A stretch of 64,000 nt of DNA, from positions 39,122,001-39,186,000 of the forward strand of contig CM059441.1 of assembly GCA_030390025.1 (NCBI GenBank). The letters run 5' to 3'. The translations under genes and the position numbers were made by a program. Shown one piece after another: positions 1 through 12,094 of this stretch. The notes beneath the pieces are model-generated. The model was not told the DNA's origin and made no database searches. It saw only the letters and a list, made by a program, of their open reading frames with translations. Every line of letters begins with the position of its first letter. Position 1 is the stretch's first letter. Source of the DNA: Squalus acanthias (lineage: Eukaryota).

Positions 1-190
1 AGGCACATACTGTATCACATAGATTGATTAACAGTGCTTTCCAAGGTCTGGAGAGCGTGATGGTGCAGTGTACAGAAACATCAACATGTGATGCTATTTG
101 ATGGTAGGAGACAGCTATGATCTTTTACTCGACTAAGTTTCTATCTCAGCTGTACCTTTCTGGGAGAGGGATTGAAGAGAGGGGTGACAG

Positions 191-919
191 GGGCCTGGCT
201 TTTGCATTCAGCGGTGAAGGAACGGCGCTCGCCATTCACTACGTTGACAGCTGCCCACAGAGTTATACACAGGCTTTTGAGCGGTAACTTGATGTCATCG
301 GGTGTCTGATCCACTATGGCGCCCTCTCCTGGGTATCTGTGGCGTGTGTGAGCAGGGCAAGAATCAGCATGGCTCTTCAACCAATCAGATTGAAGAATCC
401 TCACCGAGCTACGGAGCGTCTAAACCAGGAAGTATAAATTAAATTTAAATCATGTCCAGAGAGCAAAATAAAGATTGGGAAAGAAAGATGTGATTAAGGG
501 AGTGAGATAAAAGAGACAGACAGAAAAAGTAAAAAAAAAAAAATAATTTTATAAAAAATCTCCAACACTAATTAAATTCTGAAGGAATGAGACTCCACCC
601 TTGTAAAATTAAATTTTCAGTGCCAGAGAGGTTGTTTGGCAGTAATTATGACTGATCATGCAGTTAAAAATTCACTTACCCCTGAATGCACCAGCCCTAA
701 CTTTTTCTGCCGTGTTTAGTGCATAACTAGTGGGTAAGAACCGCAACTTCATGCCCTTCCATTGATTTCAATGCCGAGTCTATGTGCAAGGTACTGTTAT
801 AGCGCAGCCTGTGGAGCAGCAGGGTAACTCGGCGTGCAATTTCCGTGTTTAACTATGCATGTGCGTACTCCGGAAGTTGCTGTTAGCCTCACCGTTACTC
901 TCAACGCAAAATCTGGGCC
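191..919. mobile_element. MITE-like non-autonomous DNA element (PIF/Harbinger-like), diverged
   Basis: Imperfect termini GGGCCTGGCTTTTGC ... GCAAAATCTGGGCC. Internal block 581-650 is homologous to 30232-30300 and, inverted, to about 28070-28140. Confidence 0.65.
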
Positions 920-3885
920 AATGTTTGAGCAAAGGCTGGGCATCTTTGAAGTCTTGTATGGTCTACAACCTCTATAAAATTGGAGGGAAAGCAATCACCA
1001 GGGCTTCAATTGGTTGGCTGAAGAACAGCCGTGACAGAGATCTGCAAACAGGTGCAATGATTTTTTGGCCACAGGTAGTGAGTTGACATGGTAAGACGTG
1101 TGTGGGGCTGGATGAGCAGAGAGGTGAAGAGATATTGGGAGAAAAGAAAGACTGGCTTTCGAAAAATCAAAACAGCACAAGAAATGTTGCCATGTAGCTC
1201 TGACGACTGATTGTTTGTAAAATCTTCAAAAAACAAACAGAAGTGTCAACTTTCAACAGAAGGTTACTTGTGGAAATCAGATGGATTAACAGGCTGTGCC
1301 ATTGAGTTAAAGGAGGCAGTTTTGGACTTCCTATTCCCCAAGTGAATTTATGATCTTGCCTGAGTCTTTGGGATCTGATTGGTGCTTTCTCACAAAGACA
1401 TGAAGGCAAGAAACCTCATTTACTCACCGAACAACTGGTCACAGATCGCCACTGGGAAAAGCTTAGAACTGGTGCTTGGCCACACTGATAGCCAGCGATC
1501 AGGGCAGAAAGTGAAAAAAGGGGAAAATATAAATGTAAAAAATATTTATAAGGTTATAGAGAATTCAGACATGCAAGCAGTCATTTATTTATTTAGATGT
1601 ATTCACTCCTTAAGTTGCCTGCCACTCTGAATCATACTACTGCCATATAAAAGACTACCTGAGTTATTGTCTTCATTTTGACCACCAATGACATTACCGA
1701 AGTGACCAACAGAATGGACAAGAACCATGTGCCTTTCTCTTCTCTCCCCAAAGACTTTGCTTCCAGGGTGTGCTCCATCAAACAGATGAGTTGAAGAAAC
1801 TCAAGGCAAGCGTGTTTGAATGACAGGCAGCCCCGAAACTCAAACGCATGACCTGGTTGAGAGTAGGATGTGGAACTGCTCAAGGTGATCTGAATGCCTC
1901 AGCAAGGTAAGCAACTTATTTAGAAATATATTTAAAATTTTTGATTTACACCAGATTAAGTTTATCAGTCATTCATTTTTAAAAAAAAACTAAATTCTAT
2001 TCAGACACACCTTTACAATCAATTGAATATTACATAATTTGTTGGTGCAGAAATGTAATCATAACTTGCAAGATATTTATTGCACCATGTACAGTTACAA
2101 TAGTGCCACCTGAAATCTACGCAAGACTAGGAACTATAGAGGGAGCAGTGTGAATGTGGATTTAGCAGTTAGGGTTCAACAGACAGCATTCTACTAAAAC
2201 ATCATGATCAAGTCAGCTGCTAATCTGCACAGGCCCACTGAAATAAAATAATGGGTGAGAGTAAGTAAATATTTTAAATGGACATTCATAATGTTTTCCA
2301 GTCAGTCTGTCTCAATACTTGGAAAGACTCATTTCTAGCCTTGCTGAAGTGGAGAAATGCATCCAATTTCTCTCTTCTCCCTTCTATTATGCCAAGGTAG
2401 AGTGGTGATGGACTGCAGTGATGCACCAGTGAGCGCCATCGTGCATGTCATGAGATGGGCGCACTCCCATGACTAATCACACAAACTTAATGGCTCATCT
2501 GTGGAGATGTTGCCCCACAGAGGAGGGGTCGTTTAGGGGGGCGGGTGCAAAGAGGGGGGAGATACAATTGGCAGCCAAATCACAATAGCTTTGCTGTTTC
2601 ACATCTCATCATGGTCTGAGCCAGAGGAGTGCTGGAAGCTGATTGCCTGGCTACCTTCTCAGCTGCAAAAATGGGAGAAGGAGAAGACAGACTGAAAGAC
2701 AGAAGAAAACTAAACATGGGACACAACACTTCCTTGTAAAAGGACACAAATTAGACAGTCCCTAATTTCAACTGTGCCATGCAGGATTTCCCCCTAAAAT
2801 GCAGCGTGTTTCAATGTTAACAACATAAACAGTTTATATTTCATAATCCATTTTGCACAATTATTAATAATTAAAGGTCAGTTGCATGTTAAAATGAACA
2901 TTCCTAACAGAAAGCATCCATGGTCAGAAACAATCATAAAAGGAATGCATTTTGTAAATTCTTTCTACATAATATACTTCATACAACTGCAAATAGGATT
3001 CCAATAGATTTTTTGTTATCAACTAGATATAGACAGGAAGAAAGGCTTTTTTTGATGTCAGAAGAAAATAAACTGCATTATTTCAAATTCCTTGTTGTGC
3101 TGTTTTAGAGCATTGCAGTGAAGCCATTAATAAGTATATTGTTTGCAGAGTTCAATCTTACTATGGACACCAGATTACTGGCTTTTGTTCAATGAAATAT
3201 GGCTTCAGTTTTCTGTATCAAACAAATGCTTCTAACAGTACGTGAATCAGTATAAAGTATATACAGCAATTCATTTACAAAACTTGTTATTGTTTCTTGA
3301 ATGTCACAATAGCCACCCATATGTGCATAAAACTTTGTAAGAAATGTTTGGCCTGGATAATTTAAGAAAAATAACATGACAAATAAACTCAAAAATGATT
3401 AACTTAAGTTACCAAAAACAAATGGATGTATAAACTGTCCTAGTGTGGGGATAGCAGGTAGGTGATATTTCTGTAGAATGAGACTGGTCCTGCCATTGTG
3501 CTCAATGACTACTCTTGTGATGCAACCAAGAACTGGTAAAACTGTCTAATGAAGGAAGCTTAGCTCAAAGGACAGTCACTGCTTGGATTCTAATTCCAAC
3601 TCTGGTTGGTGATCAACTGTTTTTTTTTTAAATCAGAGCTAGCAATCTGCATATAACTACTGTCCCTTTACTGGTTACTAGTTGTGGTCACACTTTAACA
3701 GTGACGAACTAAATTTTAGTTTTTACACTATTTGAACAATGTGATAAAGATCACAAGGTTCCGTCCATTTTATTTTCAATAACTTACTGGTACAAGGCAA
3801 GTGAACCAAACCGCAAAACAGACATTTTACTGGTCATGGCTGTTAATGACTAACAGATTTATTTACTTCTAACCTTTCAGATATG

Positions 3886-4098
3886 ATGTGGAGATGCCGC
3901 TGTTGGACTGGGGTGGACAAATGTGAGAAGTCGCACAACACCAGCTTATAGTCCAACAGCTTTATTTGAAATCACAAGCTTTTGGAGCGCTGCTCCTTTG
4001 TCATCTCTTCACTTCACCTGACGAAGGAGCAGCGCTCCGAAAGCTTGTGATTACAAATAAAGCTGTTGGACTATAACCTGGTGTTGTGCGACTTCTCA
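3886..4098. mobile_element. Short Penelope-like insertion with inverted arms and hammerhead motif
   Basis: Direct repeat CTTTCAGATATG at 3874-3885 and 4099-4110, long internal inverted repeat, CTGACGA..GAAA core at 4018-4042. Confidence 0.8.
4014..4050 (+). ncRNA. Minimal type I hammerhead ribozyme motif
   Basis: tcac-CUGACGA-a-GGAGC(agc)GCUCC-GAAA-GC-UU-guga: 4-bp helix I, 5-bp helix II, palindromic AGCU helix III. Confidence 0.7.
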
Positions 4099-4344
4099 CT
4101 TTCAGATATGGTACACGTATATAAAGAATGTACACATGTACTGGCCCAGTACTTGTGCCTGCTCACCATAACTGGTAAGCACTGTTTGGAGAGAGGGGGC
4201 TGGAGGTGGAGGGAGTAAGAAAGGGGTATGATGTGAACAAGTGCTCACCTCAGATTTCCCCTACTAGGAGATACAAAAACCAGGAAAGCCAAGTTGTATC
4301 AGTTCTCTGTGAGTCCACATAATGAAGCAATTTAGGCAAGGGAA

Positions 4345-4511
4345 CCTGATGTCTGGCCTATGTGTGACTACAGTCCCTCACCAATGTAGTTGAGACTTAA
4401 CTGCCCTCTGAAGTGGCCTAGCAAGCCACTCAATTGTAACAGGGCATCTAGTGATGGGCAATAAATATGGCCTTCCCAGATATGCAAATATCCCAAAAAT
4501 TAATTTAAAAA
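4345..4511 (+). mobile_element. HE1-like SINE 3' fragment
   Basis: Tail GGGCATCTAGTGATGGGCAATAAATATGGCCTTCCCAG is similar to the LINE 3' end at 42597-42635. Name from recall of the elasmobranch HE1/HER1 pair. Confidence 0.6.
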
Positions 4512-5466
4512 TAGGCTCATATCCTAGTTACTGATTCATATTGAATCATCCATACCTAATGAACACCAATTCACACATGAAACACCTTTGTCCTCATCAC
4601 TTATGTTATACAGTGCACTTTGAGCTGGGACTTAAAGTTGTAGCAACAATAAAGTTTCATGGAAGAGAGAATAAACAAACTGCAAAAAGGCTGCTATCCC
4701 AAGTAGCACGAACAAGAAAGGCTGGCTTCCTAACCAAAGAATTAAAAGTATGATATCCCAGCTTGGGTGTCACTTAACTCCCATTTAAGATTAATTTTTC
4801 TACGCATGCAACTATTTTGATTCAGGATTATTACTAAGATTAGATCAGAATGAGACTTATAATTTTAATCTACAAAAATGTTATATAATCTTTCTAACAA
4901 AGTATTACCATCTTACATCAGTGTGGAGATGGCCTTTCTGGCTGTTGGACTATAACCAGTTTCGAAATTAACAGCAGTGATAATAAATGAATTGTTATTG
5001 CTTTGCTTACACTGAAGTTGGTAACTGCGTTAGAATGCCTAGTTTTAAAATCTTATTCCTATTGAGATCTGATAAATAAAAAGAGTGCATTTTCCACTAA
5101 CTCATGCTCGTGGATGAAAGCACACTGTGGAAACATTTTGCAAGATAGCATTTACTGTGAGCTAGTGGCATCCAGCAGAAACTGGACCATTTTCTTCTAT
5201 AGTAGCAGAAAAAAATCTATATCTGTTAAGATCAACCTTTCATTGGTCAATAACTGATCTTAACAGAACACTTTATTAGATATATTACACACGCACACAA
5301 ACGTCTGTTTCTTATTACCATGAATTGCAAAAGCAAAATTTTAGTTTTCCAATGCCAGAACAGCCTTACACACGATATAAGGTGTCGGATATTATTTCCA
5401 ACATGGTCTATAGTGAACGTTAAATATCCTTCTCCACCCTAGTTAATTTTACCATTATGTACCTTT

Positions 5467-6192
5467 CATAAGAATATAAGAATTAGGAGCAGGTGTAGGC
5501 CATACGGCCCCTCGGGCCAGCTCCGCCATTCAATAAGATTATGGCTGATCTTCGACCTCAATTCCACCTTCCTGCCGGATCCCCATATCCCTTAATTCCT
5601 CTGGAGTCTAAAAATCTATCGATCTCAGCCTTGAATATACTCAATGACTGAGCATCCCACCGCACTTTGGGGCAGAGAATTCCAAAGATTCACAACCATC
5701 TCAGTGAAGAAATTCCTCCTCATCTCAGTCTTAAATGGCTGGCCCCGTATCCTGAGACTATGCCCCCTAGTTCTAGTTTCTCCAGCCAGGGGAAACAATT
5801 CATCAGCATCTACCCTGTCAATCCCCCTCAGAATCTTACATGTTTCAATGAGATCACCTCTCATTCTTCTAAACTCCGGAGAGTATAGGCCCGATCTACT
5901 CAATCTTCCTCATATACAACCCTCTCGTCCCAGGGATCAATCTAGTGAACCTTTGTTTACCGCCTCTAAGGCAAGTATAGCCTTCCTTAAATAAGGAGAC
6001 CAAAACTGTGCACAGTACTCCAGGTGTGGTCTCACCAGAGCCCTGTACAAATGTAGCAAAACTTCCTTACTCTTGTACTCCAACCCTCTAGCAATAAAGG
6101 CCAACATGCCATTTGCGTTCCTAACTGCTTGCTGTACCTGCATGCTAACTCTGTATTTCTTGTACTAGGACACCCAAATCTCTCTGAACACC
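5467..6192 (-). mobile_element. CR1 LINE 3' fragment
   Basis: Broken ORFs with YRALVRPHLEYC and RRMRGDLIET. (TTCTTATG)-type tail at the 5467 end. Confidence 0.92.
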
Positions 6193-7295
6193 AAAATATC
6201 ATTAAATATGTAATGAAAAACATATAAAAAGGATTGTAATAGAGGAGCTAAAGATATAGACACACAAGAGTATCACACATCTTTAGCTATCACACAGTGT
6301 TACAATTACCTTTAAGCAGATTAGCTGAAAATACACTGCGTTTATTTACAAAATTTCCTATCCTCTCCACTGCTCAAGGCAGCCCCAAGTTTAATGATTA
6401 TATTAATGGAATCCAGACTGGGTTTTAAAAATGTTCTTTTGATGTTTCCTTTAGTGTAATTAGTTTTGAAGGTAATGTTTTTTAACCTTGAATTCTTTCT
6501 GTTGGGCTCCAATAAACTATTAGTCTCATCCGTTATTCCTGCTTATCGGATCTATACATATAAAGTATCTCATTAGGCAGAGCGTATTTGATACCAAATC
6601 CAATTTCACACAGAGCACTGGAATCATTCTCCAATTTCTTGAGGAAAGCAAAAAACAAATAGCAGCTCATACATTGTGCAGCTCCTAACCACAGTGAATG
6701 TGCAATTAGTCTTTTTGCAGCTGTAATAGATTGATTCTGTGCTCCTCTCTTTTACTCTCCCCCTCCCCAATATACATCCAATTATTTTTAATTACAACAA
6801 ACTGCTCATTACTTGCTCAAATCCAACAATAGCCTCACTCCACCCACTCAATGATCTTTTCCAGCAATATGTTGTATCCTGCAGCCTCAGTTTCTCTGGG
6901 TACAGCTTGTTCTGCTCCACCATTGGAGGTCAACTCACAGTGACGTCCCAAACCAGTTTTCTTTATATACAAAAAAACAGTCGAGCAGGGGATTGATTAC
7001 TACTGATGCATGAGATTGCAGAGACTTGGGTTTTTACATGGTTAAGTGGCTGAAGCCAATTCCTTTTACGAACTCTGACAAAATCAACTCAACTGGTTAA
7101 CCTGGCTCACACTATAAATGTACAAACTGATTATTGTAATCAGGGTAGTATTAAAATCAAATATTTAACAAATTATGATCTGTACAATACTTGGGAGATA
7201 TCCCCAATAGAAAAGCAAGGATTGAGGTCGACAATATGCATTTGATGCCTTTTCTAAAGTGGGACAAGGTTAAACTTCTGAAACACTTGAATCTA

Positions 7296-7506
7296 TGATG
7301 TGGAGATGCCGGCGTTGGACTGGGGTGGACAAAAATGAGAAGTCGCACAACACCAGGTTATAGTCCAACAGATTTATTTAATTTTACAAGCTTTCGGAAC
7401 AGTTCGCTCCTTCGTCAGGTAGCTAACTTAGCTGACGGAGGAGCGAACTGTTCCGAAAGCTTGTAAAATTAAATAAATCTGTTGGACTATAACCTGCTGT
7501 TGTGCG
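7296..7506. mobile_element. Short Penelope-like insertion with inverted arms (variant subfamily)
   Basis: TSD ACTTGAATCTA at 7285-7295 and 7507-7517. Hammerhead core on the minus strand at 7385-7421. Confidence 0.8.
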
Positions 7507-7599
7507 ACTTGAATCTAGTCAGACTTCAATATCGAATTTTCAGGAATCCAACAGAAGATTCAAGGAATCAAAGACGACAAAACACTGATGTGGCAATCG

Positions 7600-8825
7600 C
7601 ATCAACAGTTGACATTTACATCACTTCTCATGTAAAAGAACATCTCAATGTACTTTACAAGGCAGAGAGGTGGACAATGAGCAGGAATTGGTGGGTGAGG
7701 AGGGAACCAAGGGTACTGTCACAGAGCTGATTTTTTTTAAAGTGGCATCTGAAGGCAGGGAGAGTTAGAATTCCAGAGACCAGAGGCGCAATGACTGAAA
7801 AATCGATCTCTGATGGTAGAGCAGAATGAGAAGTAACGCGGAGTCAAAGAAACTGAAGCCACAGGATTTAAGTTATGGCTGGAGAAGATCACTCAAATAG
7901 GGTTCAGTGAAGCTGTCAAACGATTAAAAAATTAGAACGAGGATCTAGAAAATAATTTGTTGTGGTATAAGGAGCCTGGCAAGATGGATTTATGGAACTT
8001 TGTGCTGGAAAGGACAGGGACCGTCGAGTTCTGGATTAGCTGAAGTTTTTCGGGGCAAGGAAGATGTGGATAAGCCAGTGAAGACAACATTTAAGAAATC
8101 AATCTCGGTGATGAAGGGGTGTATTATGCTGACAGCTCAGGGTTGGACACCAGATTCAGCTTCAACAGGTAGCTATGAAGTCATTTTCTGGCAGATGCCA
8201 AAATGGATTGCTATATTCTGCTGATGTTCAGCAGAGGAAAATTTCAGACGATCCAAGTGTTAGAGGTGGCAAAGGCAGAAATCCTCAATGTATTTAAAAA
8301 GTACTTGGATATGCACTTGAGCACTTGAAGTGTCGTACCAGGCTACGGACCAAGAGCTGGAAAATGGAATTAGGCTGGATAGCTCTTTTTCGGCCAGCAT
8401 AGACACGATGGGCTGAATGGCCCCCTTCTGTGCTGTAAGTTTCTATGATTCTATAAGTGTTGATGTTGGGTAGGCAATCAAAAAGGACAGCAATGGTCTT
8501 TGAGTCAATTGTGGTAGCAGAATGGTAGAGTTGAGTGTTGTCAAATGGTTGTAGATTTATATTGCTAAGGAGTACAGTGTAAATGATCAATAGGAGGGGA
8601 CCATTTACCGTACAGGCTCAGGAAGAAAAATCATTTAAGTAGGTTGCAATGGGATCATATAGGATGCTATGAAAGAAAAGCAGGTGGAAGAGAATGGAGC
8701 AGTCGAAAATTGCAGAGCGATCAATGAGGGGCAGTGAACCACAGTCACAGAGGATGTTGTTGGCGATTTTGACTAGGGTGGGTTTAGTGCTGCAGGCAGG
8801 TTGGAAATCGGTTTGGAGGGTCTTC
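7600..8825 (-). mobile_element. Old, degraded L2-like LINE remnants with a nested plus-strand CR1 tail (about 8292-8455)
   Basis: Residual similarity to the L2-like copy at 37890-39055. The nested tail ends TTTCTATGATTCTATA. Boundaries approximate. Confidence 0.55.
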
Positions 8826-9049
8826 CCAGCCCTCCCTCTGCTGCAAATGTTATCAACATGCTTTGTAAAATAGCAAAATACTGTATTACTAAATGTGTTA
8901 GTGGCATCTACAGACAGAACATCAATACTGGAAACTAGTTTCCTCATTAGCTATCCATGGATAAGACAACTTGCACACATTGCTGTATCTAACACTGGCC
9001 AATAGGAAACTTCCAGCCAGATTGTCTGTGGACTGCTTAATATTTATAG

Positions 9050-9268
9050 TGGCCATGATGTGGAGATCCGGTGTTGGACTGGGGTGGACAAAAATGAGAA
9101 GTCGCACAACACCAGGTTATAGTCCAACAGTTTTATTTGAAATCACGAGCTTTCGGAGTGTTGCTCCTTCGTCAGGTAAAGTGACCTGACGAAGGAGCAG
9201 CGCTCCGAAAGCTCGTGATTTCAAATAAAACTGTTGGACTATAACTTGGTGTTGTGCGACTTCTCATT
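9050..9268. mobile_element. Short Penelope-like insertion with inverted arms and two hammerhead motifs
   Basis: TSD TTAATATTTATAG at 9037-9049 and 9269-9281. Arms of about 87 bp; cores at 9143-9179 (-) and 9184-9218 (+). Confidence 0.82.
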
Positions 9269-9541
9269 TTAATATTTATAGAAAAGCCATTTCTCATGGG
9301 GATTATCACGATAAAAGAACTAAACTAAAAGCTGGGCTCGTGGCAAATTGTAACTCTGTTATGAAGCTGATATCATAATAGTCTGCTTAATGTTGCCAAA
9401 TAATGCATCCATTTTAAAATCTGCTTGACCATAGGAAATGAATAGTTGATGCAAAGAATTTACAAAAAAATAATTGTTACAATGGCCAGAACTCCTGAAA
9501 TGCAAAATAATTTTGTGTTTCAATTTACCTAACAAATCATT

Positions 9542-10310
9542 GGGCCGTATTTTATGACCCCTACGGGTGCTTACGAGGTGTGTACGCGCCCGTAGGGGCT
9601 GCGCAAGTTCCGGGTTTAGGCATGCGGAGCGCATGCGCTAAAACCCGGAACTTGCGATCTGTCAAGAATCTTCTTGACAGATCCTCCGCATCCCCGGGAG
9701 ATGGGCCTCTGCGGGTGAAGAGTTGCGCTATGTGCCTAACTTCCGCCCGCTGAATGCCCGTGAAATTCTTACACCTGGTGAAAGCAGGCGTACGGCCTGC
9801 TTTTACCAGCATAAGTGTTTTAAAAAATGGAAAAATAACATTTTATCACTCATTTATACATTAAAAACCCTGTCCAATAAGGTAAGTTTATTTTTAGCCA
9901 TGTTAAAACATTTTTTTTTAAAAAAATGAAATTTTTGTTTAAAATATTTCATTAAATGGCATTTTAATTAATTTTAAATGTGTAATTTAAAAAAAAAATT
10001 ATTTCATGTGTTCGTGTATTTTTAAGTGATCCCCATTCATACTTATGGGGTTTCTGTACGTACGGAACTTCCATAAGTATGAATGGGGATCCCCTTCTTT
10101 TATTGGTTGGGTCAGCCCACATGATCCCAGGGGTGCTTGCGAACCGCATGCGCACCTGGGATACGTGGGCCTCTGCCCGCGCGTACCCGGAGAGGCCCAG
10201 GATCACAAGTTTCCATACCTCCCAGCCCCCCAGGTAAATTCGTAGATTTTTTTTTACAGGTTCTGGAGGCATCCGCCCGCGGGGAAGCCTCCGATCGCAA
10301 ATTTTGGGCC
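9542..10310. mobile_element. CpG-rich MITE with multiple internal hairpins
   Basis: Termini GGGCCGTATTTT ... CAAATTTTGGGCC, flanked by ATT on both sides. Several near-perfect internal palindromes. Confidence 0.7.
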
Positions 10311-10320
10311 ATTAAGATAG

Positions 10321-10520
10321 TGAAAAACCAAAATACTGCAGATGCTGGAAATCTGAAACAAAGACAGAAAATGCTGGAAACACTCAGCAGGACAGTCAGG
10401 ATCCCTGGAGACAACAGACGAGTTAACGTTTTGGGCGTGGACCCTCCTTCAAATCAGAAGTGTTAACTTGTCTGTTCTCTACACAGACGCTGACTGATTT
10501 GCTGTGTGTCTCTCGCATTT
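10321..10520. mobile_element. Degraded Penelope-like terminal fragment (second family)
   Basis: Homologous to 19531-19644 (ACAGAAAATGCTGGAAA.ACTCAGCAGG), partial inverted arm, AGATAG on both flanks. Confidence 0.6.
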
Positions 10521-10879
10521 AGATAGAATCTCTGCAGGCGAGAAGGAGGGCTGTTACCAGTCTCAATAACAGACAGTGAAAGAACACGGTTCACTCGAAA
10601 AGTGAAGTCTTCTAGGCACTAAATAAGTGAAAAGGGATGAATACAATTGAAAAGTTTTACCAGTGAGATTTAAAGATTCTAAAATGTCCCGTTCACAAAT
10701 TCTGAAAAAGAATGTAACCGAGCCATGGAGAAAGAAATCAAGAATTCCACACAGTGATGGATGATATACGATAATGCAGGAGCATCCAAAGTGTATATAA
10801 ATACTGGATACAAGCTATACGGTAGTACCCAGTATGTACGATTCTAGTGTACTCCTGATAATTCTAAATTGTTTTTGTG

Positions 10880-11012
10880 CTTAAAAAAATCTGAATGATC
10901 CAATAATTTGAATTAAGCAACATAAATAATACAATGGGGATTTAGAGCCTAAAAATATGAGTGATCAGATAATTTGAATAAAGCAACTTTGAATTAAGAG
11001 GAGTAGACTATA
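10880..11012. mobile_element. Possible Tigger/pogo-like terminus
   Basis: Repeated TTTGAAT(T/A)AAG subterminal motif, ending GAGGAGTAGACTA|TA. The partner end was not found. Confidence 0.35.
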
Positions 11013-11384
11013 AATGGCAAACACTTAGTGGTTGTAAATAGGCCAAAGTTACAGTTCTGTGAGATCTCAGAAATTGCAATATTTTTGATCACTCTGGATT
11101 GAGAAAGCAGAGAATTTCTCAAATTTGATCACTTATAAAAGCTAAATGGCACATCTGTTTCTTAATGTATTTGCTAAAGTAAGCGTTTCTGTAACCTTAT
11201 TAAAAACCTTGATTCTTTCAGAAATGCCCCATCCTGAAGTAAAAAATTAAAAACAAAATGTTGTAGCCAATGTGGCTAGAGGTCATTCAGCCTTTTCAGT
11301 CATTAAAAAAAAAGTAGCCAAATCTTAATTTCTTTTTATGTGGTAGAAACACTGTAAAAAAATATCAGAACACATAAATAAGGA

Positions 11385-11395
11385 TTTATTTTATT
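11385..11395 (-). promoter_or_regulatory. Candidate poly(A) signal for ANKS1A (two overlapping AATAAA)
   Basis: Minus strand reads AATAAAATAAA about 590 nt after the stop, followed by U/GU-rich sequence. The true 3' end may lie further downstream. Confidence 0.4.
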
Positions 11396-11980
11396 AATTT
11401 AAGCCAATTTGGCTGAACCATACTGCATCTTTCGTCAACCAGTTTGGAAATAACCAAACAGCAAGACAGCTTGGATGAGGCATGTGTTGTGAATTTGTTT
11501 AAATCAAAGTGTTTAAGAAAGAAAGCTAAAAGGATATGCGGTTTGTTAAAAGCACATTAGATCCATCAGCAGAAACACCCAACCAATAGTACCTACTGAA
11601 GATGTGTGGTTCTGGAAAAGATGCAACAGGCTCAGGTGCTAATGCATGCAACACTGACATATGCCTTTTAGTAGCATTTGGGTGAATTAAGTAACAGTGC
11701 AGTAGCTCACAGTGCTGGGAGATTAGAGTATTTCAAAGTTCAGGCGTGGAATAAGATTCCCAAGTAATTTTCAGAGTTTTTTTTTTAATTAGCTGAAAGA
11801 TCACCAGGACTTCTGAAGGCAGCTGTAGTTGAATTATAGAGTACAGTACAGGAAACTCGAGTACGAAGTTCCCTTTGGGAAAGAGAGTGAAAGCAGCTTT
11901 GAGTGCCCGCCATAGGAAGCGGAGAAGTGGAACAGGTTCACAGTGCAAAGGCACAGAGTAGAAGCAGGAGCACCAGGTGG

Positions 11981-12094
11981 TCAGAAAATGGTGGTTTCAT
12001 ACTTTGTACTGATTGTCCTCTTGGAGTCCTGCTTGGAGTCAGCTATCCATGCCACGCTGCCGTGCGATTGAGAATCTTGCTCAATAGAGTCAAT
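11981..12094 (-). CDS. ANKS1A: ANKS1A terminal coding exon (IDSIEQDSQSHGSVAWIADSKQDSKRTISTKYETTIF*)
   Basis: cttttgtag acceptor, TGA stop at 11981-11983, conserved family C-terminus TKYETTIF. Confidence 0.95.
   Translation of the reverse strand: MDSIEQDSQSHGSVAWIADSKQDSKRTISTKYETTIF

Noticed and set aside
3886-9268. Palindromic elements as DNA-transposon MITEs or miRNA genes
   Set aside because: The inverted repeats are asymmetric rather than terminal, the TSDs are long and variable (11-13 bp), and the arms carry hammerhead cores, which fits Penelope-like retrotransposition better.
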